NCBI GenBank assembly: GCA_964016885.1
Contig: OZ024740.1
Location: forward strand, 352,718,001 to 352,782,000
Origin: Eledone cirrhosa
Taxonomy: Eukaryota
Length of the DNA stretch: 64,000 nucleotides
Direction: 5' to 3'
Below, piece by piece: positions 1-14,399 of the stretch. The translations under genes were made by a program, and so were the position numbers. Within the stretch, counting starts at the first letter, position 1. Each line of letters opens with the position of its first letter. Under the pieces are notes generated by a model. That model was not told the DNA's origin and made no database searches. It saw only the letters and a program-made list of their open reading frames with translations.

Positions 1-1739
1 TTGTTTTGTTATTTACCGCGTTTATTTATTTGTAATTCTAAAATGCAACATTTTGTATGGCAATAGTTACTTCATTTGTAGATATCTCCTCTCATACTTT
101 TGAAGCATCTGTTTCTTAATTAGTAATGTTGCTTCATTAACTATATCTTTATTGTAATGTATTTTTACTTATTAATATTCTATAATGTCTCGCAATCATA
201 TTTATTTATGAAAACATGTGCTTTAGAAACGAGAATCGTTGTAATTATCAAATTCAACCATTTATTGTTATTTAACCCCAGTTTAACTCTGATCGAACGT
301 AAGAACACACTGTTCAATATGTTATTCCCTTTGTCTATTTTTAATAACTTAGAACATTATCTGAATGAGATTTAGCTGCATTTTCTAGCAAATTGAATGG
401 CCATATAGAAGCTGTGTAGTTCGTCCAACTATTTGTTTTGCATATCGCTGTTTTCGAATACTATATCACAATAGAAAACAGTTCATCATCAAATGATGTT
501 CTTAATGTTTTTTACTATTTAAATTATTTATTGTAGATTTTATATGATTATATGTAATCCTATTTTAGTTTCCATATTTTTCTTTTACAACCACTGAAAG
601 GATTTAGTGTTAATAGTACTAACGTTAAAAAAGAGGATGAAAGACAATTGCAATATGACTTGTTTGTTGACAATTTGGACGTATGGTGTTTATTTAAGTG
701 CCATTGAAATCGACTCTTACAATATTATACAAAAAAAAAAAAAATCGTCATTTTTATGAATAGTATTAACGTATAGGCTATTAACTATCTGCCTCGAATT
801 ATTCAATTTGGTCACTGGATTATATTTATTTTTTATTTTAAAGGAAAAATTAGATTAATGTGCTTAATTTGAACACACCACAATTGGTGTTTGTAACCTC
901 GCGTTAGAATGTTGGAAATTAAGTAACTTTTAGAAATATATTTCAATAATTTTTGGTTTATTCTTCAATGTTAGTTTAATTTTTACTGTATTTTTTCATG
1001 TTTTCTCTTCTATTTTGATCAATATTCCGAACAATCGTTTTAAGTGCATTAACAACAGACTAATAACAAGGGGCATAACTGCATCTTAATGGAAACTAAT
1101 AGTGATGAATGAAGTAAGGTTGCAAACTGTTCATTACTTTAATAAGGATTTTGGAAGCAATTAAAAAGTCATTATTGAGTTTTCACAAACATTTGAAAAT
1201 AATTTTAAAATATCAGTTTGGATATTAAATGTAGTGCTTTTTTTTTAATTGGAAATAGCTTCAATGTGATTTTTAATATATATTTTTTTATGTATTTGTA
1301 ATATTTTTTTATAGTATGTTACAGAGAATTTAAAAGTTGATGTGGGTCTAATGAAATTATCCTCCGTACCTCTGTTAATTCCCATTCCTTAAAACTGTGA
1401 ACTTTATCTTTAAGAAGAAATTTAAATAGCATTTTAGTTTTATATACACCAGTCTTAAGCTAGTTTCACTTTTTTTTTTTTTTATTGAACTCTCATATAC
1501 ACTACTCTGTCCAGTGTACATGCCCCCCCCCCCTCTATATATATTAAAGCATTTTATATACTCAAATGGCATTTGAAAGAGAATTAAAAATGAGTAATCA
1601 GTTATTCACTTTTCATTCTATTCATTTGTTACTTGTATCTATATCTGTATTTAGTTTAAAAGTAAATAAATGCATTCTGTATTCAATCTTTGACTAATTT
1701 TGACTATACATATATATATATATTTGTTTTGTGCATCAG

Positions 1740-1814
1740 ATGCAGCTGAAATTATTCAAACTCGAAGCAATGAGAATGCAGGAAGACATGAATATTATGT
1801 TCACTATGAAGGAT
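1740..1814 (+). CDS. KAT8: KAT8/MOF coding exon (first one in window; chromobarrel domain). Preceding exon not in window
   Basis: cag|AT...GGA T|gtaagt; encodes (H)AAEIIQTRSNENAGRHEYYVHYEG(F), matching human KAT8 HSAEVIQSR...FYVHYVGF; phase 1 at both ends. Confidence 0.93.
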
Positions 1815-1974
1815 GTAAGTTATGTAGTTTTCATGAATGGATCATCATTATCTATGTTTATCTATGTCTGCAGGAGCTGGTTAAGACTATTGTAAAACAT
1901 TGACACTAGTCTGTTTTATCTCTCTTGTGAGGATAATGAGTAAAGAAACGTTACATGTAAATTTCATTAAAAGA

Positions 1975-2145
1975 CCTAGTACTCACTGTAAATGAGGTTG
2001 GTGTTAGGAAGGGCATCCATCTGTAGAAATCAAGCCAAAATCAGTTCTGTATGGACAAGACATGGTCACCTGACCTGGCATTGCTCACAGCAGGACAGCT
2101 CGTCTAACCCATGCTAGCATGGAAGAATGGACATAAAACAATGAA
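1975..2145 (+). mobile_element. RTE/SINE 3'-tail fragment
   Basis: CTCACTGTAAATGAGGTTGG...GAAGGGCATCC...CCATGCTAGCATGG...(ATG) tail, which recurs more than 10 times in the window. Confidence 0.8.
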
Positions 2146-2234
2146 ATCTGTTAATTTGATTCTCATTCCAAGATGGCAAAAATGCTCTCATTAGCCTAAA
2201 TTCACAGTGCGACTAAATATATGTGAATATGATT

Positions 2235-3330
2235 TTGTATCTTTTTCCATGTTTGCATGAGTTAAATGGGTTATTTCCAATTATTGATTCCTTCGTCATA
2301 TTCTCTGTGAGCTTCATCGATTTGTGATCAGCTTTCACAACCTCTGCCCAGGTCTGTCTTGATCTTCCTCTACTAAAGCTTCATTCCATAGGGATTGGTT
2401 GGCACTTCTTCACCCAACAATCATCATCCATATGCATCACATGTCACTATCAGCACAGTCTTCTCTCATGCACATTACACCTGATTTCCCTTATACACGT
2501 TTTTCTCATCCATTCATCATTGTTCATGTACATTAACATTGCACATCCATCAAAGCATGCTTGCTTCATTTCTTTCTAGTCTTCACATAACCTTTTCATT
2601 CATTGTTCATGTCTCACTACTATGCAACATTGCAGATCGCACATAGGCATCATATAACTTTTGTTCATAGATAGAAACCTTTTGTTGTCAACAACGATAG
2701 TAGCTCCCTGAACTTTTTCATCCTGTTCTTATTCTAGTGACTATGTTCTCAGAGAAACTCTTCTACTGCTAATTAAGTCATCTAAATAACAAGCTCTCAA
2801 CTACTTGGAACCCTCCTGGGCTTGGAAAAAGTTTATTTCGCTGATGTTCTTATCACCATGTATCCCTGTACAATATCTACTTTTTCTGTTAATCTGACTG
2901 CTGTTCCACTACATCTTTTGTGTACCCAAAATGTGCATTGTGTTCATTGTATATAGTTCCTCCCTACTCTTTTTCTTCATATCAAGCACAGCCACTTCCC
3001 TGATGAGATCAGTCTTATCCTCTTTCCCACTTACTAAAACTTTGGGTTTTGACAAATTTACGCTAAACCTTTTTTGAATCTAAGTTCTATTTCCACAACC
3101 AGAATTTTTTCTCTAGTTCTTCCATAGATTCAGCTATAAGTACTAGATCATAAGCATACGGAAGTTCCCATGAACAACCAATCTTAAAATCTGTTACAAC
3201 CTGGAGTGGTCTGAGGACTGAGCCTTGATGAACACCTACCTTCACATTGAATTCCTCACTAAGCTCATTACCTATTCTCACTTTACTGACATCACCTTTG
3301 TACATGGCTTAGACTGCTCTCACAGGCCCT
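2235..3330 (-). mobile_element. Degenerate RTE-clade LINE, RT and C-terminal part
   Basis: ORF 3087..3305 has VKVGVHQGSVL...WELPYAYDLVLIAES (degenerate YADD); many stops. Confidence 0.88.
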
Positions 3331-3454
3331 TTTATTGATACCATGTCTTCTATGTGACCTTGCTTTATTCTATTCTTTTAACTGTTCATTATGCTAACAA
3401 ATTTTTTCTTAATTCGTTACGTAATGTTCTTCCATATTTTAGCTATTAAATAAT

Positions 3455-5400
3455 TCATTATCATCATCATTTTCCCTGCTAGCAAGAGTTGGACAAGTCT
3501 TCATAGTTTGAGTCAGTACTCAACTGGGACTACTAACCTCTCAGATGGGATGGAGGCCTGTATTTTGTTTAGAAACAGCCCTGTGCTTTATTGAGTGGAT
3601 TTTATTGTGACACCAGCACCAGGAAGAGTACTCTTTGCCTTTTGTTTGGCAAGTTTTTTTTATTGAAGAGTGCCCTTCCCATCACCAACCATTTTAGGGG
3701 GTAGAATGAAGATAAGTATGTCATTTGTGAATGGCAAGTGTGGTAGGATTTGACATGTTGGTGAGTAAGATGGGTAGAATGACCTCCAATAGTCTAGGGA
3801 GTTAATCACAGATGTGTCAGGATTTGGGAACTCATGGATGAGATGGTAGCTAAGAAGTGATAGTGAAAGGGGCATGGATGGGATAGGGGTGGTCAGAGGT
3901 GGAGTGAGTAGCTACTAGGGAGTGATAGTGAGGATAACTACTAAAGATTTTAAATGGAAGTGTAATGATGATAGGAATAGCTACAGATGGGCTGGTAGGA
4001 CATACAGTAATGGTGAGGATAGCTACTAGGAAGTGCTAATGGAAGTGGATGGGGTTTTCTCCAACATGTCATCAATTCTCGCTGTTCTTTGTCATCTCCA
4101 TTGTGAAGTTCTACTTTTTAAGGTTGGTTTTCACTACCTCATTGTAAATCTTCCTGCACCTGCCTCTTCCATGGGTCCCAGCCACTGAGATTTCTCAGCA
4201 TTTTTTTATATAGCTATCATCTTCCATATGCATCACATGTCCATACCAACACAGTCTTCTCTTTTGCACACTACATCCAATCCCTCTTAGGCCAAGTTTT
4301 TCACTCGGCTTATGCTACGTCGTTCATGCACACTAACATTACACATCCACCAGAACATACTCGATTCATTTCTTTCTAGCCTTGCCAGGTCTTCTGCAGT
4401 CAAGGCCCATGTTTCAGTGCCATGTAGCTTTGCAGTTCACATGCAGACATTCTCTGAGAGAGAAACCCTTTGTTGTCATCATAATACCAGCTCTCTAAAC
4501 GTCTTTCAGTCTGATCTTACCTGATTACGTCACCTAGGTAACAAAAGCTGTCAACACCTAAAGGATCCTCCCTGACAACTGTGGGAATCTATTTCACATG
4601 TACTCTTAGTGGTTGCTTCTGTGCATCTGGTGCACACAAAGTTTATCTTCATTAACCTGCCTATTATCTCACTTCATGTGCATCTTTGGAATAGAATTCC
4701 TGACATATTGAACAAGGCCACTTCCCTGATGGTGTCAACTTCCTGTCCTTTTTCCTACTTAAGACTTTTGTCTTTGCTAACTTTTCTTTTAAGCCCTTTC
4801 AACACGAGCTTTTTCTTCCATGCTTAGAATTTTGCCTCTAACTCTTCCACAGATTCAGCTACTAAGATTATGTCATCAGCATACAGGACTTCAAATTCAT
4901 CACTGATTTCATTGCCAACCCTCACCTTGCTACATGACTTGTACAGCTTTCAAAATATTCATCTATACCTAGCTTCTTGAGTGTCTATAGAGCAGGGGAC
5001 CCTGTTAAAGGCCTTCTCCAGATCTACAAATATTAGTTAGAGTGGTTTACTCTGAACTAAATACTTCTGCAGTTGTCTTACCAGCAAGAGGGTGTTGGTA
5101 GTACTCCTACTTGGCATAAAGCTGAACTGCATCTCATCAACTTCATTCTGTCATTGATTAGTTGTACTATAACACTTTCAGCAACTTTCATTGGGTATGA
5201 CACCATCCTGTACTACTTGATTAATTATGTGTCTGACTAGCTCATAATCTACCATACCAAATGTTTTTAGAATCTTGGCAACTATACTGGATGGTCAGCC
5301 TTCTCTACTTTCATGTCCTTAATTGCTTAATCTATCACACTGTTGGGAATTTACTCCAACTGCAGCTTTGGTTCATGTCTTCCAGCAGGTTGTCCTGTAG
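3455..5400 (-). mobile_element. Degenerate RTE-clade LINE with 3' tail
   Basis: Minus strand gives YADD (gtcatcagcatac near 4872), DLEKAF and MQFSFMP motifs; tail remnants at 3455-3650. Confidence 0.85.
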
Positions 5401-5809
5401 AAATTCTTAATTTTTCTCTGTTATAGGGCTCTATCTCTTCTTCCTTACTGTCATAGACACCAAGTAGGACTTCTATTCATTTTGATAAATTCCTTATTCT
5501 AACACAAAGAAAACAATAAACTAATAATTGAGCACCATAAATTATTTGTCACATTAAAGTATGTGATTGTTAGTTATTTCAAGAGTTTTACTAGAGCTTG
5601 ATAAATGTTTCACTTTTATAGAAAATGTTTCAGGGTTTGTTTTGATTAAAGTAACTTGGAAACTTTCATTCATGTACATAAGGAAACTAGAATGTATTAA
5701 GAATACTTTTTTTTCTTCTTAATTTTTATAAATGTGCTGCTAAAACTACCATTTTATTTCCTGTGATATTTGTGTTACTCTAGACATGGTTTGTGTTTCC
5801 TGTTTTCAG

Positions 5810-5991
5810 TTAATCGTCGTTTGGATGAATGGGTTAATGTTGATCGATTTGATCTTCAGACCAAACTTGAAGACCAGCAGAACAAAGGCAAAGATTTGTC
5901 AATTACTCTCACAGACCTCAGTGATGGCACTGATCGTAAAATCACGCGGAACCAGAAACGTAAACATGATGAAATAAATCATGTTCAAAAA
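5810..5991 (+). CDS. KAT8: KAT8/MOF coding exon (chromobarrel end, basic NLS-like stretch)
   Basis: tttcag|TT AAT CGT...CAA AAA|gttagt; (F)NRRLDEWV...RKITRNQKRKHDEINHVQK, characteristic of KAT8. Confidence 0.97.
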
Positions 5992-7089
5992 GTTAGTTTG
6001 CACTTTTTCTTCTGAAATTCCACTTTAATCATTGATCAGCTCAATTTTTTATTTTGATTTAACATTTCTTAATGTTTAGTCATAGAACGTCAGATAGAAT
6101 GCTTTTATTGTATTCGTTCCGGCTCTCTACTCTGAGATCAACTTCACCTTTTATCCTTTCAAGGTCGATAAAAAAAGTACCAATCTAGTACTGGGGTGGA
6201 TTCTTCACCCATATCTCTTTCTCTGGAAGAAATCTGCTGTATTCAGGCCAGGACACAGATGGGCTCTGCCAGGCTTGAAACGCTGTATTTCAATACGGCG
6301 CCCCCTACGACTCTGTTGGGAGTTTATGGGACCATACATGCATACAATGTTTAGTCAATTGTGTTCTTTATATATGACTATTTGTTTTATGAGAGTCTTT
6401 CAAAAGTACCTGAATAATTCCTTGTTTTTCATCATTATATCAGAACTAACAGTATCAGTTCTATTGGTTTCTTTTATCACCATAAACTTCTACTTTCACT
6501 TAACTTATACATATCCTGTCAATACTTAACCTGTTAGTTTTTTTTATCAGATTGCTGTTATCCTATCTATTCATCCCTTTTTAAGATGGTAGGATGAAGT
6601 TTGAAGGAGATTAGGCTGTTATTTCTAAACAGATATATCTACATTTCAGAATACTTCTACAACAGCATTATAACCCCACACCTCACCCTCCATTAATTGA
6701 AACAAACATAAAAATATCAGCAGTATCAATAGCTTTACCAGCCACAAATTCTGTACTGGAATGCACTCTACCATTGATACAGAAACTATTGTACTTTGTC
6801 CCAATTTCGCCTCAAGAATTTGGAGGAATTTAATTAAATTAAGCTGATGTTTGGACTATTACTTAAAGGATTTTTATACAGAATTTTGATGAGCACTTTA
6901 AAATGAGCTGTTTTATATCATAACATGCTTTCAAGTGGGCTGGTATCGATAGGGTTAAAATATTTTTTTTACCCAGTATTTTTTAGTTCAATTCTTGAAC
7001 TGGTTGTTTATAAATTGAACAACCTCTCTTGATAATTGATTTCAAGTGTGTATGGATTCCACTTCAATGTTTGATGACTTGTTATCCTG

Positions 7090-7362
7090 TTATCATCATC
7101 CCTGTTTAACATCTATTTTTCCATGCTAGCAGGTGACCATGTCTTGCTCATACAGAACTGATTTTGGCTTGGTTTCTACAGCCGGATGCTGTTCCTAGTG
7201 CCAACCTCATTTACAGTGAGTACTGGGTGCTTTTTGTCATGACGCCTACACAACCACTTTACAGTGTGGACTGGGTGCTTTTTGTCATGACGCCTACACA
7301 ACCACTTTACAGTGTGGATTAGGTGCTTTTTGTCTTGACACCTACACGACCACTTTACAGTA
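7090..7362 (-). mobile_element. RTE/SINE 3' tail with three 48-bp tandem units
   Basis: ctgggtgc recurs at 7223 and 7271 (period 48); reverse complement of the 1975-2145 element. Confidence 0.85.
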
Positions 7363-7473
7363 TACTGTTATATAATTTTTAAATGGAGGAATTTTAAGAT
7401 GTTTGTCACATTACTATATTTTTATTTCCTTGTCATTTTCATTGTTCTAAAATATTTCTTTTTTATGTTTTAG

Positions 7474-7527
7474 ACATATGCTGAAATGGATCCAACAACT
7501 GCAGCTCTTGAAAAGGAACATGAAGCG
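7474..7527 (+). CDS. KAT8: KAT8/MOF coding exon (54 nt)
   Basis: ttttag|ACA TAT...GAA GCG|gttaga; TYAEMDPTTAALEKEHEA, matching human KAT8 as I recall it; too short for the ORF track. Confidence 0.97.
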
Positions 7528-7590
7528 GTTAGATAAAACTATATTTCTGGTTTCTCAAATAATTGCTGATACCTAAAACTTTCATAATTA

Positions 7591-8310
7591 CTGAATATAC
7601 TCGTGTATAAGCCGAGAAATATGTGACAAAAAAAAAAAAAAACAAAAAAAAAAAAAATGGTAAAATGGGGGTCACTTTATATTCAAGGTCAGTATTTTGC
7701 CAATTTTCACCAACTTCAACATCTTTGTTAAAAAAGGCACCACAATATCTGGAGTGATACATATGGATACTTCCAGTAATTTCCGTGAGTGAAAATGACA
7801 ATATTTAAAAAACTTTTATCATCATACTCATAATGCACACATTCGAAAACTATCTGCAAAATATGCTATGTTATGGAAGTTGCAAGGAAACAAATTCAGA
7901 TGGAGGCAGTTCACTGTAGATGCACATGTGTATCTTGTCCATTGAAATGCTGTTATGATAAATATAAAAACTTACAAACACACTTTTATAAATATACTGA
8001 AATATTTACACACAAATTTGCAATCATGTATAGACAGTGACATACACACTTTCACTTACAACCACATAAACAGATGAAATGGTAGAAAATCATTATGTAA
8101 CGAAGAAGCAAAAACTATACTCTACACAACATTTTAAAGCATATTAGATATCAAAATATTAAAACTTCAAAAAAATATTCCCCACCTGTGGGAATTTATG
8201 AAACCATACCATCTAAAGTGTTGGTTAGTTTGGCTTACACATGCAGTTTGGATTTTTACTTATTTTTCAGACATAAAATAGAGAGTCGGCTTATACACAA
8301 GTATATATGG
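7591..8310. mobile_element. Non-autonomous Tc1/mariner-superfamily (pogo/Tigger-like) element
   Basis: 25-bp TIRs ctgaatatactcgtgtataagccga (7591-7615) and tcggcttatacacaagtatatatgg (8286-8310), TA on both sides; no coding capacity. Confidence 0.82.
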
Positions 8311-9107
8311 TAATTTTCTTAGCTATTGTGTAATTTATTTCTATTTTATAATGGTGTTAATTTAAATATGTTGGTATATTCATTGTGTGATGTAATGGGT
8401 GCTTTCATACAACCAAAATTATTCTTCAGTATGTTTCATTATGATTAAGCCTTTTCCAATCCAGAAAATATTTATATAGGAATGTGAAATTCTGTTTAAA
8501 AATACTAATAAAATATTGTCAGCAAGAATGAATAAAACAAAACTTACAAAGTATATAAATGTAAATTTTATGCCATGCTACATGTGTATTACAAGGGAAA
8601 CAAATGATGTAAAAGTTTTCATCCTAAGAGTATAGATATTATCTTCAAGTAGTTTATCACTGCAATGAGGAAAATGGAAAGAGATTCAGCACTATGCTGT
8701 AACCTGAAGAGAGAATTCCATGATCTCAATATAGTAATGCTCAATCAGTATTGGTGTTCTTTATGAAGTTTATTTTCTATCTTGCCTTAATCTACCACCT
8801 GGTTTAACTCCACCATGTGACCTTTGGGTGTCTTTAGCAGATTTGCAAGCATTTAGGCCAGATCTCTAGTTTATGTATACCCTAGTTCCTTCTAACTATC
8901 ATGGGAAGCCTTGGAAAGGGTTGTAGGCACTGTCCTGAATAAACAGTAAAACACAAAAAAAAAAAAAGAAAGCCCGAAATGTTATCAAATGTTATTCATA
9001 TATAGTTCTTAGTAGATTCCTGCTATTTTTGAGATTTTATCACTAATTTCAGCATTTTCATATATTTTTGGGGAAGATTTCTTTCTTATTTTGATTTCTT
9101 TTTATAG

Positions 9108-9272
9108 ATCACAAAAGTCAAATATATTGATAAAATACAGATTGGAAAATATGAAATAGATGCTTGGTATTTTTCACCTTATCCAGAAGAATATGGAAAG
9201 CAACCCAAATTATGGATTTGTGAATATTGTTTAAAATACATGCGTTTAGAGAAATCATATCGGTATCACCAG
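9108..9272 (+). CDS. KAT8: KAT8/MOF coding exon (MYST domain start, C2HC zinc finger)
   Basis: tatag|ATC ACA AAA...CAC CAG|gtaaag; [55 protein letters not shown]. Confidence 0.98.
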
Positions 9273-9374
9273 GTAAAGTTGAAAACTTGTTCATAATATC
9301 CTGTCAGATCAGCCTATTTCTCTTTGGAAAACAAAATAATGGGTTATATAAAACTACTCATTTTCTCATTGTAG

Positions 9375-9742
<368 letters not shown>

Positions 9743-9989
9743 TAGATTATGTCTGGAAAAAAGAAAAAAAAAATGACTATTTTCCATAGTTAGTATGTAT
9801 TAGATAAATCTACTGTGTATATTACTGTCACTCCTTATTATGATATGATATCTTAACTGTGAAGCCTAACATCCTCAGCTCTTACCAAACAATTTCATGT
9901 TTTACTTATTCTGGTCTCTGCAGTATTTTGATAAGCTCTGCAAATTAACCACGTATATAAGCTTATAATGATTTTAGCAAGTGGGTTGT

Positions 9990-12150
9990 TCAGTTCAGGA
10001 CCATAAGAGCTAAGACACGCTTGGAAAGTCTGAAAAGCAGATGAGTAGCAGGGAACAGTACCAACTAGCTAGAAGGGAAGCTTGACATCAGGCATATGTA
10101 GTCAAAAAGCAGGCAGAATGTAAGAGGCTTACCAATGTTTTGTGGTGTGGAGATCAGAGTCACAAAGTCTTCCGGTTTGCAAAATGTTTTGGAGGAGAAG
10201 TGTATATGAAATGTCAGTGGCTCACTTTCCTACTGATGCTGAAAATAAGTAAGCATGGAAGTGTTACTAGAAGAGATTGTTGAATGAGGAGAATGCATAG
10301 GTGAATGAGGCTCTGCCCTAAGTAGACCCGGCTGAAGGACCAGCCATGAAAATTAAAGCAATTAAGGATATGAAAGTAGAGAAGGTAGCTGACCCTTTGG
10401 GCATTGTTGCTGATGTGGTTAAACTATCTGGTGGAGCAGAACACTGACTTGTCACTCTTATAGTAACTCAAGTAATGCAAGGTGTCATACTCAATGAATG
10501 GAATAGTAGCATCATTATTATATGCTACAAGTTTAAAGGAGATACACTAGAGAGAGGCAATTACAAATGTCTTAAATTGCTGGATCAGATTATGAAGATT
10601 ACAAAGTTGATGAGGGATAGAATTGATCTTGATGAGATACAGTTTGGTTTTATGTTGGGGAGAACTATTACTGATACTATTTTATTCGTGACACAACTTC
10701 AAAAGTACTTAGTTAAGAATCAACCTTACTACTTAGCATCTATTGACCTGGAAAATGCCTTTGACAGAATCCCATTCTCTGAAATCTGGTCAGCACTCAA
10801 GATACTAGGGATAGATAAATGGCTTGTGTTACTTGTGTAAGCCATGTACATGTGTGTTGTCAGCAAGGTAAGGGTTTAAATTGATAACGGCAATGAATTT
10901 AGAGTGTGGATAAGAGTCCACTGGGTCATAACAGTGGAATTTAAGATTGGATGTCCATGGTAGCAGAAACTAGAACTAGAGGAAAATTTATTTTTAATGG
11001 GAAACCAAATCTGGAATCAGAAGGCCTACAAGTAAACTCAGCAAAGACTAAAGTTTTAGTAAGCCAGAAAGATGATTGGACCCAGGTACCATCAGATAAA
11101 TGGCCAATATGCCAAAAATTAGTATGTAGAAACTCCATATGGTGTACCCAATCTGGACTAGATACACGAGATGTAGTGAGATCACAGGTAGGCTGACAAA
11201 ATAGTTAGACATCATATGTGACAGGCACATAGGAGTAGTCAACAGTGAGGACACTTGTGAAATTAACTCTCTCAAATGTTCAGAAGACTCACTAGAAGTA
11301 GTAGATAGCATTTCCTGTCTAGGTAACTTAATTAGAAGTAGAAGCGAACATATTGAATGTATTGTAGCCAGAGTGAGAACAGGTTGGAAGAAGTTCAAGG
11401 AGCTGTTACCTCTTCTGGCAACAAAAGTCTTCTCTCAGAGAGAAGGGCAAATTATGTGATGCTTGTGTTCAAATCAGTATGTTTCGTGACAGACTGAGTA
11501 CAGAAGACCTGTAGCAGCTAAAAAGAAATGAGGCATGCATGCTCTGCTGAATGAGTAATGTTAGTGTATATGAATGACAAAGCATAAATATATTGAGAGA
11601 AAAGCTGAACATAAGAGGAATTGAATGTAGTGTTCAAAAGAGATGGTTGCTCTGGTTTGATCATGTGATGTGTAAAGACAGCAGAGAGTTTTATAAAAAC
11701 TGCTGAGTGCTTGAAGAAGTCAGAACCTGTGAAAGAGCGAAACTAAGGGAGACATGGAACAAAGTTGTGGAAAACAAATTCAAGAAACTGAACCTCATGA
11801 AGGAGACGACACATGACTTTGCTGACATAATACTGCCTACCAGTATAAGTATTACAATGCTAATAGTAAATGTTATGAGAGGTCTCTTTAGCCTCCTTGG
11901 AATGACCAATACAACACAATTGAGAGAACATGTCAAGTACCTGATAACCTCTCTAGTGTTAATGCCTTGATAAAATGTACCCAGTATACTCTTTAATGTT
12001 TTTGGCAATCAAACTGAGACAATATAGAACTTTTAGTTTGACCTAGCATATGCATCCTCTTAGTGGTGGTGCTACAATAAAATGCACCCAGTACACTCTA
12101 TAGAGTGTTTGTCCTTAGGAAAGCCATCCAACCATAGAAACGATGCCAAA
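9990..12150 (+). mobile_element. Degenerate RTE-clade LINE in KAT8 intron
   Basis: ORF 10475..10840 has EWNSSIII..YKFKGD..ERGNY...QFGFMLGR...IDLENAFDRIP (RT); internal deletion, then decayed tail. Confidence 0.9.
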
Positions 12151-12479
12151 TATTGAATGCATGGGCAATCATTGGATTGCAGCTTGTATAGGGGTAGTGT
12201 TTTCAAAGGCTTTTTTAGTCAATGATATCAATTCCAGTATTTAATCTGGTATTCATTTTAATAATAAAATAATAATGAAATTATTTTGTATAGTGCTCAG
12301 GTGCACTACAATTCATCAAAGGTGCATGTATAGAACATAGAATAATGTATAAAAGTCAGGAAAGTGAACAGTATATGAGTCACGATATACACACATTTAT
12401 CAAGCTTTTTTGAATGGTTGAGTTCGAGTGTCTCTTTTAAAGAGTTAAGGTTGTTACTAGGGTTTCTTCCCTGGAATGT

Positions 12480-12712
12480 TTAACCGTTTTATTACAAACT
12501 TGGCTAAAACCAGTTCTGATCCTATGAAATAAAATCACCCATTTTAAAGGTTTCTAATTTAAATTAAAATCTTCCAACATAATTTTTTATATGAAACTTA
12601 CATTAAGTTACTAAGTAATGAAATAATTAATTTTAGTAACTACCTCAAAATTCTTCATTAATTAATTAAAATAGACTCTGTTCCATTAGAAATACGGTCA
12701 TGAAAGGGTTAA
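12480..12712. mobile_element. TTAA-flanked MITE family B (piggyBac-like ends)
   Basis: TTAACC(G)TTT...AAAGGGTTAA ends; similar copies at about 25063-25283, 36240-36465, 42810-43050, 45837-46089, 50148-50380, 51698-51883 and 52260-52486. Confidence 0.75.
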
Positions 12713-12737
12713 GCTATTTTGGAAATCACTGGGTAGT

Positions 12738-12922
12738 TTAACCCTTTAGCATTTACATTACTCTATATTTACTATTATATTTTCATGGTAAAGGTTTTAC
12801 CTCACATAATTATCTCACGTAATATCGAATCTATGAGATTTTGATATTATTTATTTTGAGAACAATACCTTAACATCAGTATGAGTGACTGGTTACAGCT
12901 GGTTTAAATGCTAAAGGGTTAA
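12738..12922. mobile_element. TTAA-flanked MITE family A
   Basis: TIR TTAACCCTTTAGCATTTA...TAAATGCTAAAGGGTTAA; other copies at 13383-13590, about 19160-19285, 20487-20714 and 53609-53840. Confidence 0.85.
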
Positions 12923-13282
12923 AAGAATGTACACCAGCTGACTGGATATATTATTGACCCACCTAATTATTCTTTGTGATTTCAAATCTGCTTTATTTAC
13001 GCCAATGTCTTTCTGATCATGACACTTTATTTTATTCACCTCAGTTTACCTAATTATTAGGAGAATAGTTACTAGAACATCGCTAAAAGTTTCATTACTT
13101 GCCGCCTATTCATAGGGAGATTTATATGCTGTCAAATACCAGTCCCATCGACTCTGAAGGTTGATCAAGGACTTACTAAATTTGCATGAAGTTTTGCTAA
13201 ATTTATTGTCACTAGGATCATCACAGGACTTTAGTAAATTAACATTACAGCATTATTTTAAAGGACATTAGGAAATGTATCT

Positions 13283-13712
13283 TTAACCCTTTTGATAACA
13301 AACTGCAGAAACTCTGGTTCTATGATACAAAATTGTTTGTATTTATCAAAAGACCTTCCAACATAATCTTACGTAAACAACTTTAACTCTTTAGCATTCA
13401 CATTACTCTATATATACTATTATATTTTCATGGTAAAGGCTTTATCTCGCATAATTATCTCACATAATATCGAATCTATGAGATTTTGAAAGTATTTATT
13501 TTGAGAACAATACCTTAACATCAGTTTGAGTGACCAGTTTCAACAAAAAAAGGTAGAGAATTCTGGCCGGTTTGAACATTAAATGGTTAAGTTATGTTCC
13601 AAGCGCCATCTGAATAATGAGAAAGTTAAATCCCTCAAAATTCTTGATTAGTTACAAAATTCTTTGAAAACTATTGCTGATGTCTATCATTAGAAATATG
13701 GTAATGAAAGCG
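13283..13712. mobile_element. MITE B interrupted by MITE A (13383-13590)
   Basis: Family B sequence resumes after a duplicated TTAA (13383-13386 and 13587-13590). Confidence 0.75.
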
Positions 13713-13871
13713 TGTGATTTTCAGTTTAGGAGTCTTATTACTTAATATTCCCTGCAAATCATTAATTATTCGGGGGGGGGGGGGGGGGTCCTCACAGATT
13801 AGAATATGTTGTCATATTTTATTTGATAGAATTTATTTATTAATTTATTGAATTTTTTTTTTTTTTTATAG

Positions 13872-14036
<165 letters not shown>

Positions 14037-14399
14037 TGAGGCTAACCAACATTTCGGTATAAAGGCTAACCCATTTTCTGGTTGGTAGAGTAAACATTTG
14101 TAATTGTATTCTGTCTACTACATTTACAAATTATACTGAGCTCCATTTAACAGTTTCAGTAGTTAAATAAACATATTAATACATTTACATATTTCTACTT
14201 GAATATGCCTTATATATATATGTTTAGTTCCTTTTTTTCTTTCTCCCTCTATGTATTTGTGTGTCAGTGTAAGTGGTAGTGCTGGGGCCATAACAAAAAG
14301 CACCCAGTCCACCCTGTAAGATGACTGTTCTGGTGCCTCGACAAAAACACCCAGTCTACCCTATAAGTTGGTTTGCATTATGAAGGGCATGAGTAAGAT

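Noticed and set aside
1-1739. KAT8 first coding exon
   Set aside because: No ATG exon ending in Trp plus a phase-1 C was found; it is probably upstream of the window.
7201-7362. Regularly spaced repeats as a CRISPR-like array
   Set aside because: No unique spacers, eukaryotic context; it is the RTE tail tandem repeat.
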